Below are positions 1-8,710 of a DNA stretch of 45,949 bases, piece by piece (positions within the stretch are counted from its first letter, which is position 1; every line of letters starts with the position of its first letter). The notes under the pieces are model-generated. The model was not told the origin of the DNA and searched no databases. It saw nothing but the letters and a program-made list of their open reading frames with translations. Location of the stretch: NCBI GenBank assembly GCA_964428155.1, contig CAYRXA010000018.1:1-45949 (forward strand), given 5' to 3'. A program made the position numbers and the translations under genes. The DNA comes from an uncultured Candidatus Saccharibacteria bacterium. Lineage in GTDB: Bacteria; Patescibacteriota; Minisyncoccia; UBA6257.

Positions 1-1
1 T

Positions 2-184
2 AAGTTTTTTAGATCTCAAGCAGCTTTGAAAGGGCAAACAAGCGGAATTGGTTTAGGTCTTTATTTAGCTAAAAATATTATTGAAAGGCATGGAGGAAAA
101 ATTTGGGCTAAATCAGCTTTAAAAAGAGGTTCTCTTTTTACATTTTCATTACCAACAGATCCTAATTATATACCTTCACAATAA
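2..184 (+). CDS. sensor histidine kinase, C-terminal fragment (5' end lies outside the window)
   Basis: Frame 2 is open from the window edge to TAA at 182-184. It reads ...TSGIGLGLYLAKNIIERHGGKIWAKSALKRGSLFTFSLP..., the G2-box/ATP-lid end of a HATPase_c domain. Confidence 0.7.
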   Translation, partial: KFFRSQAALKGQTSGIGLGLYLAKNIIERHGGKIWAKSALKRGSLFTFSLPTDPNYIPSQ

Positions 185-212
185 TTAAAATTAAATTTTA
201 GAATATATTTTT

Positions 213-1049
213 ATGCCTGAGTTGCCAGAGGTAGAAACTATTACTCGTCAATTAAATAGAAAAGTTAAGGGTTTGAAAATTATGAAAGCTTGGTTTGGCT
301 GGCCAAAATTATTAAGAAATAAAATTAGTCAAAAGAAATTTGAAGAAATAATTAAAGGAAAGACAATTTTAAGAGTTAGTAGAAAAGGCAAGAATATTAT
401 AATTAATTTAAGTGACGATTGGGCTTGTTTAATTCATTTAAAATTAACAGGAAGAATATTAATAGGAACAGAGGAATTTATTGCTAAAGATCCATATGTT
501 CATTTTAAACTTGAGTTAAGTGACGATAAGATATTAGCTCTTTCTGATTTAAGGAAGTTTGCAAAGATAGTTTTAGAAAAAACAGAAAAATTAAATAATT
601 CAAAAGAAATTAAAGAATTAGGATTAGAGCCTCTGGCTGATAATTTTACTTTTCAAAAATTTAATGAAACATTACTTAAAAAAGAAAAAGGAGTAATTAA
701 AGAGGTTTTAATGAATCAAAATGTTGTCGTTGGAATTGGGAATATTTATGCTAATGAGATTTTGTGGGAGGCAAAAGTAAGTCCTTTTAAAAAAATTAAA
801 TTCTTAACTTTAAAAGAAAAGAAAAAAATTTATAAAGCAATAAAGAAGATTTTATTAAAAGCAATAAAGCTAAAAGGATCTACTATTGCTGATGAGATGT
901 ATAGAGATACTAAAGGAGAGTTTGGGAAATATGGAAAAATGCTTCAAGCTTATCATCAGGAAAAATGTTTTCGTTGTAAGGCTCAAATAAAAAGAGTTTT
1001 ACAAAAAGGTCGTTCTACTTTTTATTGTCCTCAGTGCCAAAAAGGATAA
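213..1049 (+). CDS. mutM: formamidopyrimidine-DNA glycosylase (Fpg/MutM)
   Basis: 278 aa. N-terminus MPELPEVET (catalytic Pro2/Glu3). C-terminal zinc finger CFRC-x16-CPQC. Length is typical of Fpg. Confidence 0.9.
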   Translation: MPELPEVETITRQLNRKVKGLKIMKAWFGWPKLLRNKISQKKFEEIIKGKTILRVSRKGKNIIINLSDDWACLIHLKLTGRILIGTEEFIAKDPYVHFKLELSDDKILALSDLRKFAKIVLEKTEKLNNSKEIKELGLEPLADNFTFQKFNETLLKKEKGVIKEVLMNQNVVVGIGNIYANEILWEAKVSPFKKIKFLTLKEKKKIYKAIKKILLKAIKLKGSTIADEMYRDTKGEFGKYGKMLQAYHQEKCFRCKAQIKRVLQKGRSTFYCPQCQKG

Positions 1050-1051
1050 GT

Positions 1052-2017
1052 ATGATATATTTTATTTACGGTAAAGATTCTTTTCGTTCCTGGAAATACT
1101 TCCTACAGGTAAAGGAGTTTTATCAAAACAAAACCCCTTCTTTTTTTTATTATGATTTTTCTGATAAAGATTCGAAGCTTCCTGATATTTCTGTTTTAGA
1201 AAATATTCTTAAAAGTAATACACTTTTTGCTGGTAGCCGCTTAATAGCAATAAAAAATATTTTTAAAAATACAAATATTCAATTTCGTAATGATTTTTTA
1301 GAAATTCTTAAAAATCAAGAAGCAGATAAAGCAAAGGATTTGATGATTATTATTTATGAAGACGATCAAATTCCTATAAGCTCATTACAAAAATGGTTTA
1401 AACAAAAAGCAAAAGGAATGAAGGAGTTTCCTTTATTAACAAAAAGTGAATTGGAAAAATGGATAATAAAAGAAGAACAAAAGCTTCAAATTAAGCTTTC
1501 TTCAGAAGCGAGGCAAATAATAATACTTAGTTTTTCTTCAGATACTGGATTAATTTATAATTCTCTTAAAAAGCTTTCTTTAATTAAAAAAGGACTTCTT
1601 GATAAAGAAATTGTTGAAGCTAATTTATTTTTACCAATATCTAGTACCATTTTTATTTTTTTGGATTATTTAGCTCAAGGCAACGATAAAAAGGCTTTTT
1701 GGTTATTAGAAACATTAATAAACCAAGGCCTCCATCCTTTATATATTCTTAAAATGATTGTTTTTGAAATTCGTAATTTAATAATTATTAAAAAAAGTCC
1801 AGGTAAACCAGCTTCGATTCATCCATATGTTTTTAAAAAATTATTGCCTTTATCTAAAATGATTTCTTTTGAATCCTTGAAATTGATATATGAAGACTTG
1901 CTGTATTATGATAAAAAAATAAAAGAAGGGAGCATTGATGGTAAGATAGGTTTAGAAATGTTTTTAGTTGATTTTTTTCATAAAAAATGTAATACTATCA
2001 AAGTAATTAATCAATAA
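1052..2017 (+). CDS. holA: DNA polymerase III delta subunit
   Basis: N-terminus MIYFIYGKDSF... matches the delta-subunit start (IYLLYGED-type). About 320 aa, helical C-terminal half, located next to rpsT. I prefer the ATG at 1052 over the TTG at 1025 used by the ORF track. Confidence 0.7.
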   Translation: MIYFIYGKDSFRSWKYFLQVKEFYQNKTPSFFYYDFSDKDSKLPDISVLENILKSNTLFAGSRLIAIKNIFKNTNIQFRNDFLEILKNQEADKAKDLMIIIYEDDQIPISSLQKWFKQKAKGMKEFPLLTKSELEKWIIKEEQKLQIKLSSEARQIIILSFSSDTGLIYNSLKKLSLIKKGLLDKEIVEANLFLPISSTIFIFLDYLAQGNDKKAFWLLETLINQGLHPLYILKMIVFEIRNLIIIKKSPGKPASIHPYVFKKLLPLSKMISFESLKLIYEDLLYYDKKIKEGSIDGKIGLEMFLVDFFHKKCNTIKVINQ

Positions 2018-2021
2018 TGAT

Positions 2022-2288
2022 ATGCCGATTACTAAATCAGCAAAAAAATCTATTAAAAAGAATTCTCGCAATAGGGCGTCTAATTTAAAAAAGATGACCG
2101 TTTTTAAAAAAACAAGAAAGGAATTTTTAAAACTTATTGAAAACGGAAAGATAGATGAAGCAAAGAAAATGGAAGCTCAGTTGTATAAAATCTTAGACAA
2201 AGCAACAAAAACTAATTTAATGAAAAAAAATAAAACTAATCGTGAAAAATCAAGATTAATAAAGAAATTAAAGATAAAAAACAAATAA
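2022..2288 (+). CDS. rpsT: 30S ribosomal protein S20
   Basis: 88 aa, very basic. MPITKSAKKSIKKNSRNRASNLKKM... is the typical S20 N-terminus. Confidence 0.9.
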   Translation: MPITKSAKKSIKKNSRNRASNLKKMTVFKKTRKEFLKLIENGKIDEAKKMEAQLYKILDKATKTNLMKKNKTNREKSRLIKKLKIKNK

Positions 2289-2304
2289 TTAATATCTATA
2301 TAGC

Positions 2305-2330
2305 AAAAAAGCCTTTTAAAGGCTTTTTTT
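2305..2330 (+). terminator. rho-independent terminator after rpsT
   Basis: AAAAAAGCC / ttttaaa / GGCTTTTTT hairpin running into a T tract, 17 nt after the rpsT stop. Confidence 0.6.
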
Positions 2331-2512
2331 ATTTTTTAGAGCTAATTAAGGTAAAAATTATTATAAAAATATTGATGGTATCATGAATACTGGTTGATTA
2401 TAAATTAGTATTTTAGTATGAATTAAAGGAAATAACTTAATCTTTTTATTAAATTGTTTTCATGTTATTATTTTATAAGGTCGATTAAATTATTAAATTA
2501 TTATAAATTATT

Positions 2513-2767
2513 ATGGAAGAAAAACTTATTGGTAAAATTGTTCATTACTTTGACAAGATTCAAGTTGCTATTATTGAGTTAGTAGGAGAGCTTAAGGCAG
2601 GTGATAAAATTCATATAAAGGGTCATAGTACTGATTTTGAACAAGACATTACTTCTATGCAGATTGATCATGAAAATGTAGATAAGGCAAAAAAAGGAGA
2701 TGCGATTGGAACAAAAGTGGATCAAAAAGTAAGAGAGGGAGATGAAGTTTATTTAATTCTTCCTTAG
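2513..2767 (+). CDS. small stand-alone EF-Tu domain-II-like beta-barrel protein (translation elongation factor-like protein)
   Basis: 84 aa. The pattern IGKIVHYFDKIQVAIIELVGELKAGDKIHIKG...KGDAIGTKVD..VREGDEVYL resembles the translation-factor domain 2 barrel. First gene after a 224-nt AT-rich intergenic region. Confidence 0.5.
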   Translation: MEEKLIGKIVHYFDKIQVAIIELVGELKAGDKIHIKGHSTDFEQDITSMQIDHENVDKAKKGDAIGTKVDQKVREGDEVYLILP

Positions 2768-2785
2768 AAAATTATTTTATAATCG

Positions 2786-3952
2786 ATGATGAAAAAATTA
2801 GCTGTACCTGAAGCTATTGCTGTTTTGGTGGGAACAATTATTGGGGCAGGTGTTTTTACCTTGCCTTATATTGCTGCTAATTCCGGAATATTAATAACAA
2901 TAACTTGGTTAGTTGTTGTTAGTTTTATAATTGTATTTCTTCATTTAAGCTTTGGAGAAATAGTTTTGAGAACAAAAGAAGACTATCGTTTGCCTGGATA
3001 TATCGGCCACTATTTAAATGCCCCAGCTAAAAAATTTGTTCTTTTAATTACTTTTTTGACTTTTGCTTTTTCTCTTTTGATCTTTCTTCTCTTAGGAAGT
3101 CAATTTTTAGGAGTAATTATTGATTTTTTCTCTCCAGGCATTACTTTCCCCCAAGGCCTTTTAGTTGTTTTTCTTTGGCTTTGTTTAAGTTTAGTAGTCT
3201 TAACTAATGGTAAGAGACTTTCAAAAATTAATTTTTACCTTTCTTTTCTTCTTTTATTCTTGTTTTTAGTTATTGTTGTTTTTGCTTTTCCTCATTTTGA
3301 AGCAAAGAATTTAAATTTTTTTGAGTTTAGTAATAAATGGGGATGGTTAATTCCTTATGGAGCAATCTTTTTTGCTCTTAATGGAATGGTGGCTATTCCT
3401 GAAGCTGCAAAAGTTTTAGAAAAGAGGCAAGAAGATAAAAGAAAACTCAAGAAGGTTATTATTGCTGGAACAATAATTCCGGCTTTGTGTTATTTAGCTT
3501 TTATGGTTACAGTAGCAGGAGTTAGTGGTTCAGCAACTACTTTAGAGACGATTCAAGGGTTGAAAGGTATTTTAGGGGGGAGTATTATTCTATTGGGAGC
3601 TATTTTAGGGTTTTTGGCAGTAGTCACTTCATATTTAATTTTTGCTTCATATATAAAGAATAGCTTTATTAATGATTTTAAATGGACTCCTTTTATTAGC
3701 TATTTTCTTGTAGTTATTGGCCCTTTACTAATTTATTTTTTGCAATTAGAAAATTTAGTAAAATTAATCTCTTTTACAGGGGGAATGTTGGGAGGGTTTG
3801 AAGGAATAATGATTCTTTTAGTTTTAAAAAAAGCTAAGGAGGAAAGTGATTTAGAGCCGTCATATCAAGTTCCTTTAAATAAAGTATTAATATCAGTCTT
3901 AATTATAGCTTTTGTTATTGGGGCTCTTTGTCAGACATTTTTAGTTTATTAA
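2786..3952 (+). CDS. amino-acid permease (Trp/Tyr-permease / HAAAP-like, about 11 TM)
   Basis: 388 aa polytopic membrane protein. The N-terminal motif AVLVGTIIGAGVFTLPYIAANSGI is typical of amino-acid transporter families. Confidence 0.6.
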   Translation: MMKKLAVPEAIAVLVGTIIGAGVFTLPYIAANSGILITITWLVVVSFIIVFLHLSFGEIVLRTKEDYRLPGYIGHYLNAPAKKFVLLITFLTFAFSLLIFLLLGSQFLGVIIDFFSPGITFPQGLLVVFLWLCLSLVVLTNGKRLSKINFYLSFLLLFLFLVIVVFAFPHFEAKNLNFFEFSNKWGWLIPYGAIFFALNGMVAIPEAAKVLEKRQEDKRKLKKVIIAGTIIPALCYLAFMVTVAGVSGSATTLETIQGLKGILGGSIILLGAILGFLAVVTSYLIFASYIKNSFINDFKWTPFISYFLVVIGPLLIYFLQLENLVKLISFTGGMLGGFEGIMILLVLKKAKEESDLEPSYQVPLNKVLISVLIIAFVIGALCQTFLVY

Positions 3953-3963
3953 AAATATATTTT

Positions 3964-5238
3964 ATGAAAATTATTTCTGATTTTCATCTTCATTCAAAAT
4001 ATTCAAGAGCAACTTCTCGAGACATGGATTTAGAGCATATTTTTCAAGCAGCTCAAGAGAGAGGAATTAATGTAGTAGGGACAGGGGACTTTACTCATCC
4101 AGAGTGGTTTAAAGAATTAAAAAATAAATTAGAACCAGCAGAAGAGGGTTTGTATAAACTAAAAGGCCAAGGAGGAAAGAAGAAAGCATTAGATAAAAAT
4201 CAAGATTTAACAAGATTTATAGTTACTGGAGAAATTTCAAACATTTATACTCGAAATGGGAGAGGTCGTAGAGTTCATAATCTCGTTGTTTTATCTTCCT
4301 TGGAAGCAGCGGAAAAAATAAGTAATACGCTTTCGTGGCAAGGAAATATTAAATCAGATGGTCGTCCTATTTTAGGAATGGATTCAGAAGAACTTTTAAA
4401 AATTGTTATGGAGTCTGACCCTCAGGCCTTATTTATTCCAGCTCATATTTGGACTCCTTGGTTTGGTGTTCTTGGATCAATGTCAGGATTTGATTCATTA
4501 GAAGATGCTTTTGGAGAAAATATTAAATATTTAGCAGCTTTAGAAACGGGTTTGAGCAGTAATCCTTTAATGAATTGGCGCCTTTCATCTCTAGATGATT
4601 TTGCTTTAGTATCTAATTCAGATGCTCATTCTCCTCAAAACCTAGGAAGAGAAGCTAATGTTTTTGATATAGAATTGAATTATTCAGCAATTAGCGAAGC
4701 TATTAAAAAGAAAGATCCTTCAAAATTTTTGTATACAATTGAGTTTTTTCCTGAGGAAGGAAAATATCATTATGATGGTCATCGTTTGTGTCAAACAAGA
4801 ATGTCTCCCCAAGAAACCAAAGAAGTTAAAGGAATTTGCCCTAAATGTGGCAAGAAATTAACAGTTGGTGTTTTATCTAGAGTGGATGAGCTAGCTGATA
4901 GAGAAATGGGTTTTAAACCGCAGAACATTATTCCTTACAAAAGCTTAGTTCCTTTACCAGAAATTATTGCTGAAGCTTTGGGAGTTAAGTCCCGGACAAA
5001 AACCGTAATTGAGCATTATAAAAAATTAATAGAAAAGTTTTCTAATGAATTTAATATTTTGCTAGATGTTTCTTTGCAAGATTTAAGTGCTTTTACTCTT
5101 CCTGAAATTGCACAAGGCATAGAAAAGGTTAGGAAAGGTGATTTAATCATAGAGCCTGGATATGACGGTGAATTTGGAAAAGTAAAGATATTTCAAGAAG
5201 GAGAACAAAAAATAGTGTCCCAGGACAAACTTTTTTAA
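3964..5238 (+). CDS. endonuclease Q (PHP-domain deaminated-base/AP-site endonuclease)
   Basis: Colinear with my recollection of archaeal EndoQ: DFHLHSKYSRA, GTGDFTHP, GRP, AHIWTPW, SNSDAHSPQNLGREANVF, GKYHYDGH, zinc-ribbon element CPKCGKKLTVGVLSRVDELADR, PLPEIIAEALG, PGYDGEFGKVKI. ATG at 3964; the track's upstream start at 3928 is a TTG inside the permease gene. Confidence 0.8.
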   Translation: MKIISDFHLHSKYSRATSRDMDLEHIFQAAQERGINVVGTGDFTHPEWFKELKNKLEPAEEGLYKLKGQGGKKKALDKNQDLTRFIVTGEISNIYTRNGRGRRVHNLVVLSSLEAAEKISNTLSWQGNIKSDGRPILGMDSEELLKIVMESDPQALFIPAHIWTPWFGVLGSMSGFDSLEDAFGENIKYLAALETGLSSNPLMNWRLSSLDDFALVSNSDAHSPQNLGREANVFDIELNYSAISEAIKKKDPSKFLYTIEFFPEEGKYHYDGHRLCQTRMSPQETKEVKGICPKCGKKLTVGVLSRVDELADREMGFKPQNIIPYKSLVPLPEIIAEALGVKSRTKTVIEHYKKLIEKFSNEFNILLDVSLQDLSAFTLPEIAQGIEKVRKGDLIIEPGYDGEFGKVKIFQEGEQKIVSQDKLF

Positions 5239-5256
5239 TATCCTTTATAAATAATT

Positions 5257-5604
5257 ATGGATAAAACATTCTTAGGGTATTTTTTAAAAAAAGTAGGTTT
5301 TTATGCTCTATCTTTTATAAAGGCTTATTTTATTGAAGGTCGTTATTTTATTTTTAGAATTTATCAAAGTTGGTTTATGAGATTAGAACACAGGACTGGT
5401 TTAATTGTGAATTTTCGTTATTTTACAATTCCTCTTTGGCAAGAACATTCAGTCGCGGCATATTTATTAAGTATTCCTTATCGGATAATAAAGATCATCA
5501 TTGGAATAATAGTTTTGATGATTTTAACTTTAATTTTTGGAATGATTTATCTCTTATGGTTTCTTTTACCTTTTTATTTAATTTTTAAAACGATTTTGTT
5601 ATAA
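5257..5604 (+). CDS. hypothetical small membrane protein
   Basis: 115 aa. C-terminal hydrophobic stretch IIKIIIGIIVLMILTLIFGMIYLLWFLLPFYLIF. Ends 5 nt before the Clp-like gene. No family recognised. Confidence 0.4.
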   Translation: MDKTFLGYFLKKVGFYALSFIKAYFIEGRYFIFRIYQSWFMRLEHRTGLIVNFRYFTIPLWQEHSVAAYLLSIPYRIIKIIIGIIVLMILTLIFGMIYLLWFLLPFYLIFKTILL

Positions 5605-5609
5605 AAGGA

Positions 5610-8162
5610 ATGAATATAAAACAAAAAAATATTGATAAAGAAATCAATAAAGAGTCTGTTTTTATTTTTCGTGATGCTTTTTTCTTTTGGTCTGCCTGGG
5701 AAAGATTTTTATATAGAATAGTTTTTAATGTTTTTCTTTATTTAGGATTAATTTTTTCTTTTCTTTTGTTAGCTCTTCAAATAGAGCGATGGTACAATTT
5801 GGCAATCATTCTTTTTTTATTTTTTGTTTATATCTTTATTAAACAAAACTTTTCAGAGATTTCTTTGCTTGAAAAAAATTTGATTAAACAAGAGATTAAT
5901 CTAGCTCAATTTCTTTCACCAAAGGCAAAAAATATTCTTTTAGAAACAAAAAATATTGCAGCGAGGAATGATTTGTCTTTATCAGCAGCGCTTTTATTTG
6001 TTCTTATTTTTCAAAGAGAGGTGGTTGAATCTTTTGCTTTCTTAGATATTTTTTCTTCAGAAATTACAGAAATGGAGAAATATCTTTATCAAGAAAAATC
6101 AAAAGAAAAGAAGGAAATATCAAATTATGACTATCAAATATTTTTAGAGAAAGTTTGTTATGGAGCGTTTATTGAAGCTAAAAATTTAAAAAGAGGTTCA
6201 ATCCGAACAGAATCTTTAATGCTCTCTTTATATTCTTCCCAAGATCCTCAGGTAGTTAATTTTTTTAATCTTTTCCATCTTGAGAAAAGCGATTTAATAA
6301 CAGCGTTTGAGATGAGCCGTCTTTATAATGAAAAAGGCATAGAAGTTTTAAAAGGTTTAGCTGATAAGAAACAAATTAGTTTTCAGCCTAAAAGAATTAA
6401 AGTTAATAGATCTTTTACTTCTAGGCCAACTCCGTTTTTAGATTTTTATGGAACTGATTTTACAGAACTAGCATTAAAACTAAAGATAGGAGTTATGATT
6501 GGTCATCAACAAGAATACCAGAGCTTAGTAGATATTTTAAACAGGCAAGGCAAAAGAAATATTCTTTTAGTAGGACCAGCAGGAGTAGGTAAAGATACCC
6601 TTGTTTCTTATTTAGCTTTAAATTTATCAAAAGATAAAATCCCTTCAGGATTAAGGGATTACCGTCTTATTAGCCTTCCTCTTTCTTCTTTGTTTGAAGA
6701 CATCCAAGAACCTTTAGAAGTGTTTAATCGTTTAACAAAGATTATTAAAGAACTTTTAGTAAACAGAGATATTATTCTTTATTTGCCTCAATTTCATAAT
6801 TATAAATCTTTAGCCCAGAAAGGAGGGTTTAATGCTTTAGATACTTTTCAGTCTTTAGTAAATGCTTCTTGGGTGCCAATTATTGCAGAGGCAACGCCAG
6901 AGGATTATCGTCGTTATTTAGAAACCGATTCTATTATTAAGGAAAATTTTGAAATTATTAGAGTAAAAGAATTAACTACTGAGGAAGCAATTACTTTTTT
7001 ATCGTTTCGTTCTTTAGAATTGCAGCGTAAAACGAAAATAAAAATTAGCTTTAAGGCAATAAAAAGATCTGTTTTTTTGGCTCAAAGATTTTTAGGTTCT
7101 GTTCCTTTGCCTTTGTCAGCAGAATCTCTTTTAACAGAGGCTCTTGAAGGAGTTCGTCGTCAAGGTGGTAAAATAGTTAGAGAGCAAAATATTGCAGATC
7201 TAGTGAGTTTAAAAACACAAATTCCTCTAGATATTTCATCAGAAGGAGAAAAAGAAAAACTGTTAAATTTGGAAAAGTTAATTCATGAACAATTAATTAA
7301 TCAGGAACAGGCAGTCCAATTAGTGTCTTCAGCTTTAAGGCAATATCGTACTGGTTTAGTTAATACTAATAAGCCAATTTCAGTTTTTCTTTTTGTGGGT
7401 CCAACTGGAGTAGGAAAAACTGAATTAGCTAAAACTTTAGCTAGAATTTATTTTGGTAGTGAAAAAACAATGATTCGATTTGATATGGCTGAATATCAAG
7501 ACAAAAGAAGTATTTATCGTTTTATTGGTAGCCCTGAAGGAGAAAGTGGAGGTGCTTTAACTGAAGCAGTAAAAAGTAATCCTTTTTCCTTGGTTCTTCT
7601 AGATGAATTTGAAAAAGCTCATCAAGATGTTTTAAATATTTTTTTGGCTCTTTTTGATGAAGGAAGATTAACAGACAATATTGGTGAAACAATTAATTTT
7701 ACAAACACAATTATTATCGCAACTTCTAATGCTTTATCAGATTTTATTAAAGAGGAGATAGAAAAAGGAGTTGAACCTCAGAAATTATCAGAAACATTAA
7801 AAAAGAAATTAACAAATTTTTTCAAACCAGAGCTTTTAAATAGATTTAATGAAGTTGTTGTTTTTAGGCCTCTTACTCAAGAACATTTAGCAGAAATCGT
7901 AAAATTAAAATTAAGAGAATTGTCTAAGTCTCTGATGGAAAACAAAAAAATAAAATTATCTTTTGGAGAAGGAGTTATCGAAAAATTAGCTCAATTAGGA
8001 TATAATCCGGTTTTTGGAGCAAGGCCTTTGGATTCTGTTATTAGGCATTATATAAAAGATAATTTAGCAAGGGCTATTTTAAAAGAAAAAATTGGCCCTA
8101 ATAGCCAAATATCTTTTATTTTAGAAGAAGGAAAATTAAAGGCAAGAATAATTGATGCCTAA
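5610..8162 (+). CDS. membrane-anchored Clp/Hsp100-family AAA+ ATPase with a degenerate first nucleotide-binding domain
   Basis: 850 aa. Two N-terminal hydrophobic helices (about aa 24-78). Clp_N-like repeats. D1 has Walker A GPAGVGKDT (6573-6599) and IILYLPQFH in place of Walker B (6771-6797). D2 is canonical: GPTGVGKTE (7398-7421), LLDEFEKAH (DE at 7602-7607), GARPL sensor. Confidence 0.8.
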   Translation: MNIKQKNIDKEINKESVFIFRDAFFFWSAWERFLYRIVFNVFLYLGLIFSFLLLALQIERWYNLAIILFLFFVYIFIKQNFSEISLLEKNLIKQEINLAQFLSPKAKNILLETKNIAARNDLSLSAALLFVLIFQREVVESFAFLDIFSSEITEMEKYLYQEKSKEKKEISNYDYQIFLEKVCYGAFIEAKNLKRGSIRTESLMLSLYSSQDPQVVNFFNLFHLEKSDLITAFEMSRLYNEKGIEVLKGLADKKQISFQPKRIKVNRSFTSRPTPFLDFYGTDFTELALKLKIGVMIGHQQEYQSLVDILNRQGKRNILLVGPAGVGKDTLVSYLALNLSKDKIPSGLRDYRLISLPLSSLFEDIQEPLEVFNRLTKIIKELLVNRDIILYLPQFHNYKSLAQKGGFNALDTFQSLVNASWVPIIAEATPEDYRRYLETDSIIKENFEIIRVKELTTEEAITFLSFRSLELQRKTKIKISFKAIKRSVFLAQRFLGSVPLPLSAESLLTEALEGVRRQGGKIVREQNIADLVSLKTQIPLDISSEGEKEKLLNLEKLIHEQLINQEQAVQLVSSALRQYRTGLVNTNKPISVFLFVGPTGVGKTELAKTLARIYFGSEKTMIRFDMAEYQDKRSIYRFIGSPEGESGGALTEAVKSNPFSLVLLDEFEKAHQDVLNIFLALFDEGRLTDNIGETINFTNTIIIATSNALSDFIKEEIEKGVEPQKLSETLKKKLTNFFKPELLNRFNEVVVFRPLTQEHLAEIVKLKLRELSKSLMENKKIKLSFGEGVIEKLAQLGYNPVFGARPLDSVIRHYIKDNLARAILKEKIGPNSQISFILEEGKLKARIIDA

Positions 8163-8503
8163 AACACTTCTTTTGTTATTTGTTTAAAAATAGATGGATG
8201 TTTTTCAGCTAATTCAGCTAAAATTTTTCTATCTAAAACAATCTTTTTATCTTTTAATGCTTTTATAAATTTATTATAGTTAAACCCCTCTGTTTTTAGG
8301 GCAGCGTTGATTTTTACTTGCCAAAGCTTTCGAGCCTCTCTTTTTTTAATTTTTCTGTCTTTAAAAGCATTTGTCCATGCATGTAATAAAGCTTCTTTGG
8401 CTTGACGATATTTAGTCTTGCGACCATATCTAAAGCCTTTAGTGTGCTTTAAAAGATTTTTTCTTCTTTTGTTTGCAATGGTGCCTCTTTTTACTCTACT
8501 CAT
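8159..8503 (-). CDS. rplT: 50S ribosomal protein L20
   Basis: MSRVKRGTIANKRRKNLLKHTKGFRYGRK... is the canonical L20 N-terminus. Last gene of the infC-rpmI-rplT operon. Confidence 0.95.
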   Translation of the reverse strand: MSRVKRGTIANKRRKNLLKHTKGFRYGRKTKYRQAKEALLHAWTNAFKDRKIKKREARKLWQVKINAALKTEGFNYNKFIKALKDKKIVLDRKILAELAEKHPSIFKQITKEVF

Positions 8504-8533
8504 AATATTAAAATTTACCTCAGGGAAGTTTAT

Positions 8534-8710
8534 TTATTGTGAATGTTGAAGAATTAATTTTTTTTGTTTTTTTACAGAAATTGTTCTTTTTCTTCTTCTT
8601 TTCACTTTTGTAGCATCTTTTGCTTTAGTATGCCCAAGGTTGCTAGATCTTCTAATGATTTTTCCTTGTTTTGTTTGTTTCAGTCTTTTGCTGAATAGTT
8701 TTATTTTCAT
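8534..8710 (-). CDS. rpmI: 50S ribosomal protein L35
   Basis: Hand translation of the minus strand gives 58 aa: MKIKLFSKRLKQTKQGKIIRRSSNLGHTKAKDATKVKRRRKRTISVKKQKKLILQHSQ, stop TAA. Absent from the supplied ORF track, whose shortest entries are 60 aa. Sits between infC and rplT as in the conserved operon. Its ATG overlaps the infC TGA (ATGA). Confidence 0.8.
   Translation of the reverse strand: MKIKLFSKRLKQTKQGKIIRRSSNLGHTKAKDATKVKRRRKRTISVKKQKKLILQHSQ

Noticed and set aside
2331-2512. The only large intergenic region, inspected for a tRNA, small RNA, riboswitch or repeat array.
   Set aside because: It is almost pure A/T with short aattatta-like reiterations. I found no GC-containing helices, no T-loop or anticodon-arm pattern, and no conserved riboswitch core. 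It most likely holds only a promoter or leader, and I could not pin down a convincing -35/-10 pair.
5370-5588. 72-aa alternative-frame ORF nested in the small membrane ORF 5257-5604.
   Set aside because: It is on the same strand, out of frame, shorter than its host, and lacks features. At most one of the two frames is coding, and the longer one ends right at the downstream gene.
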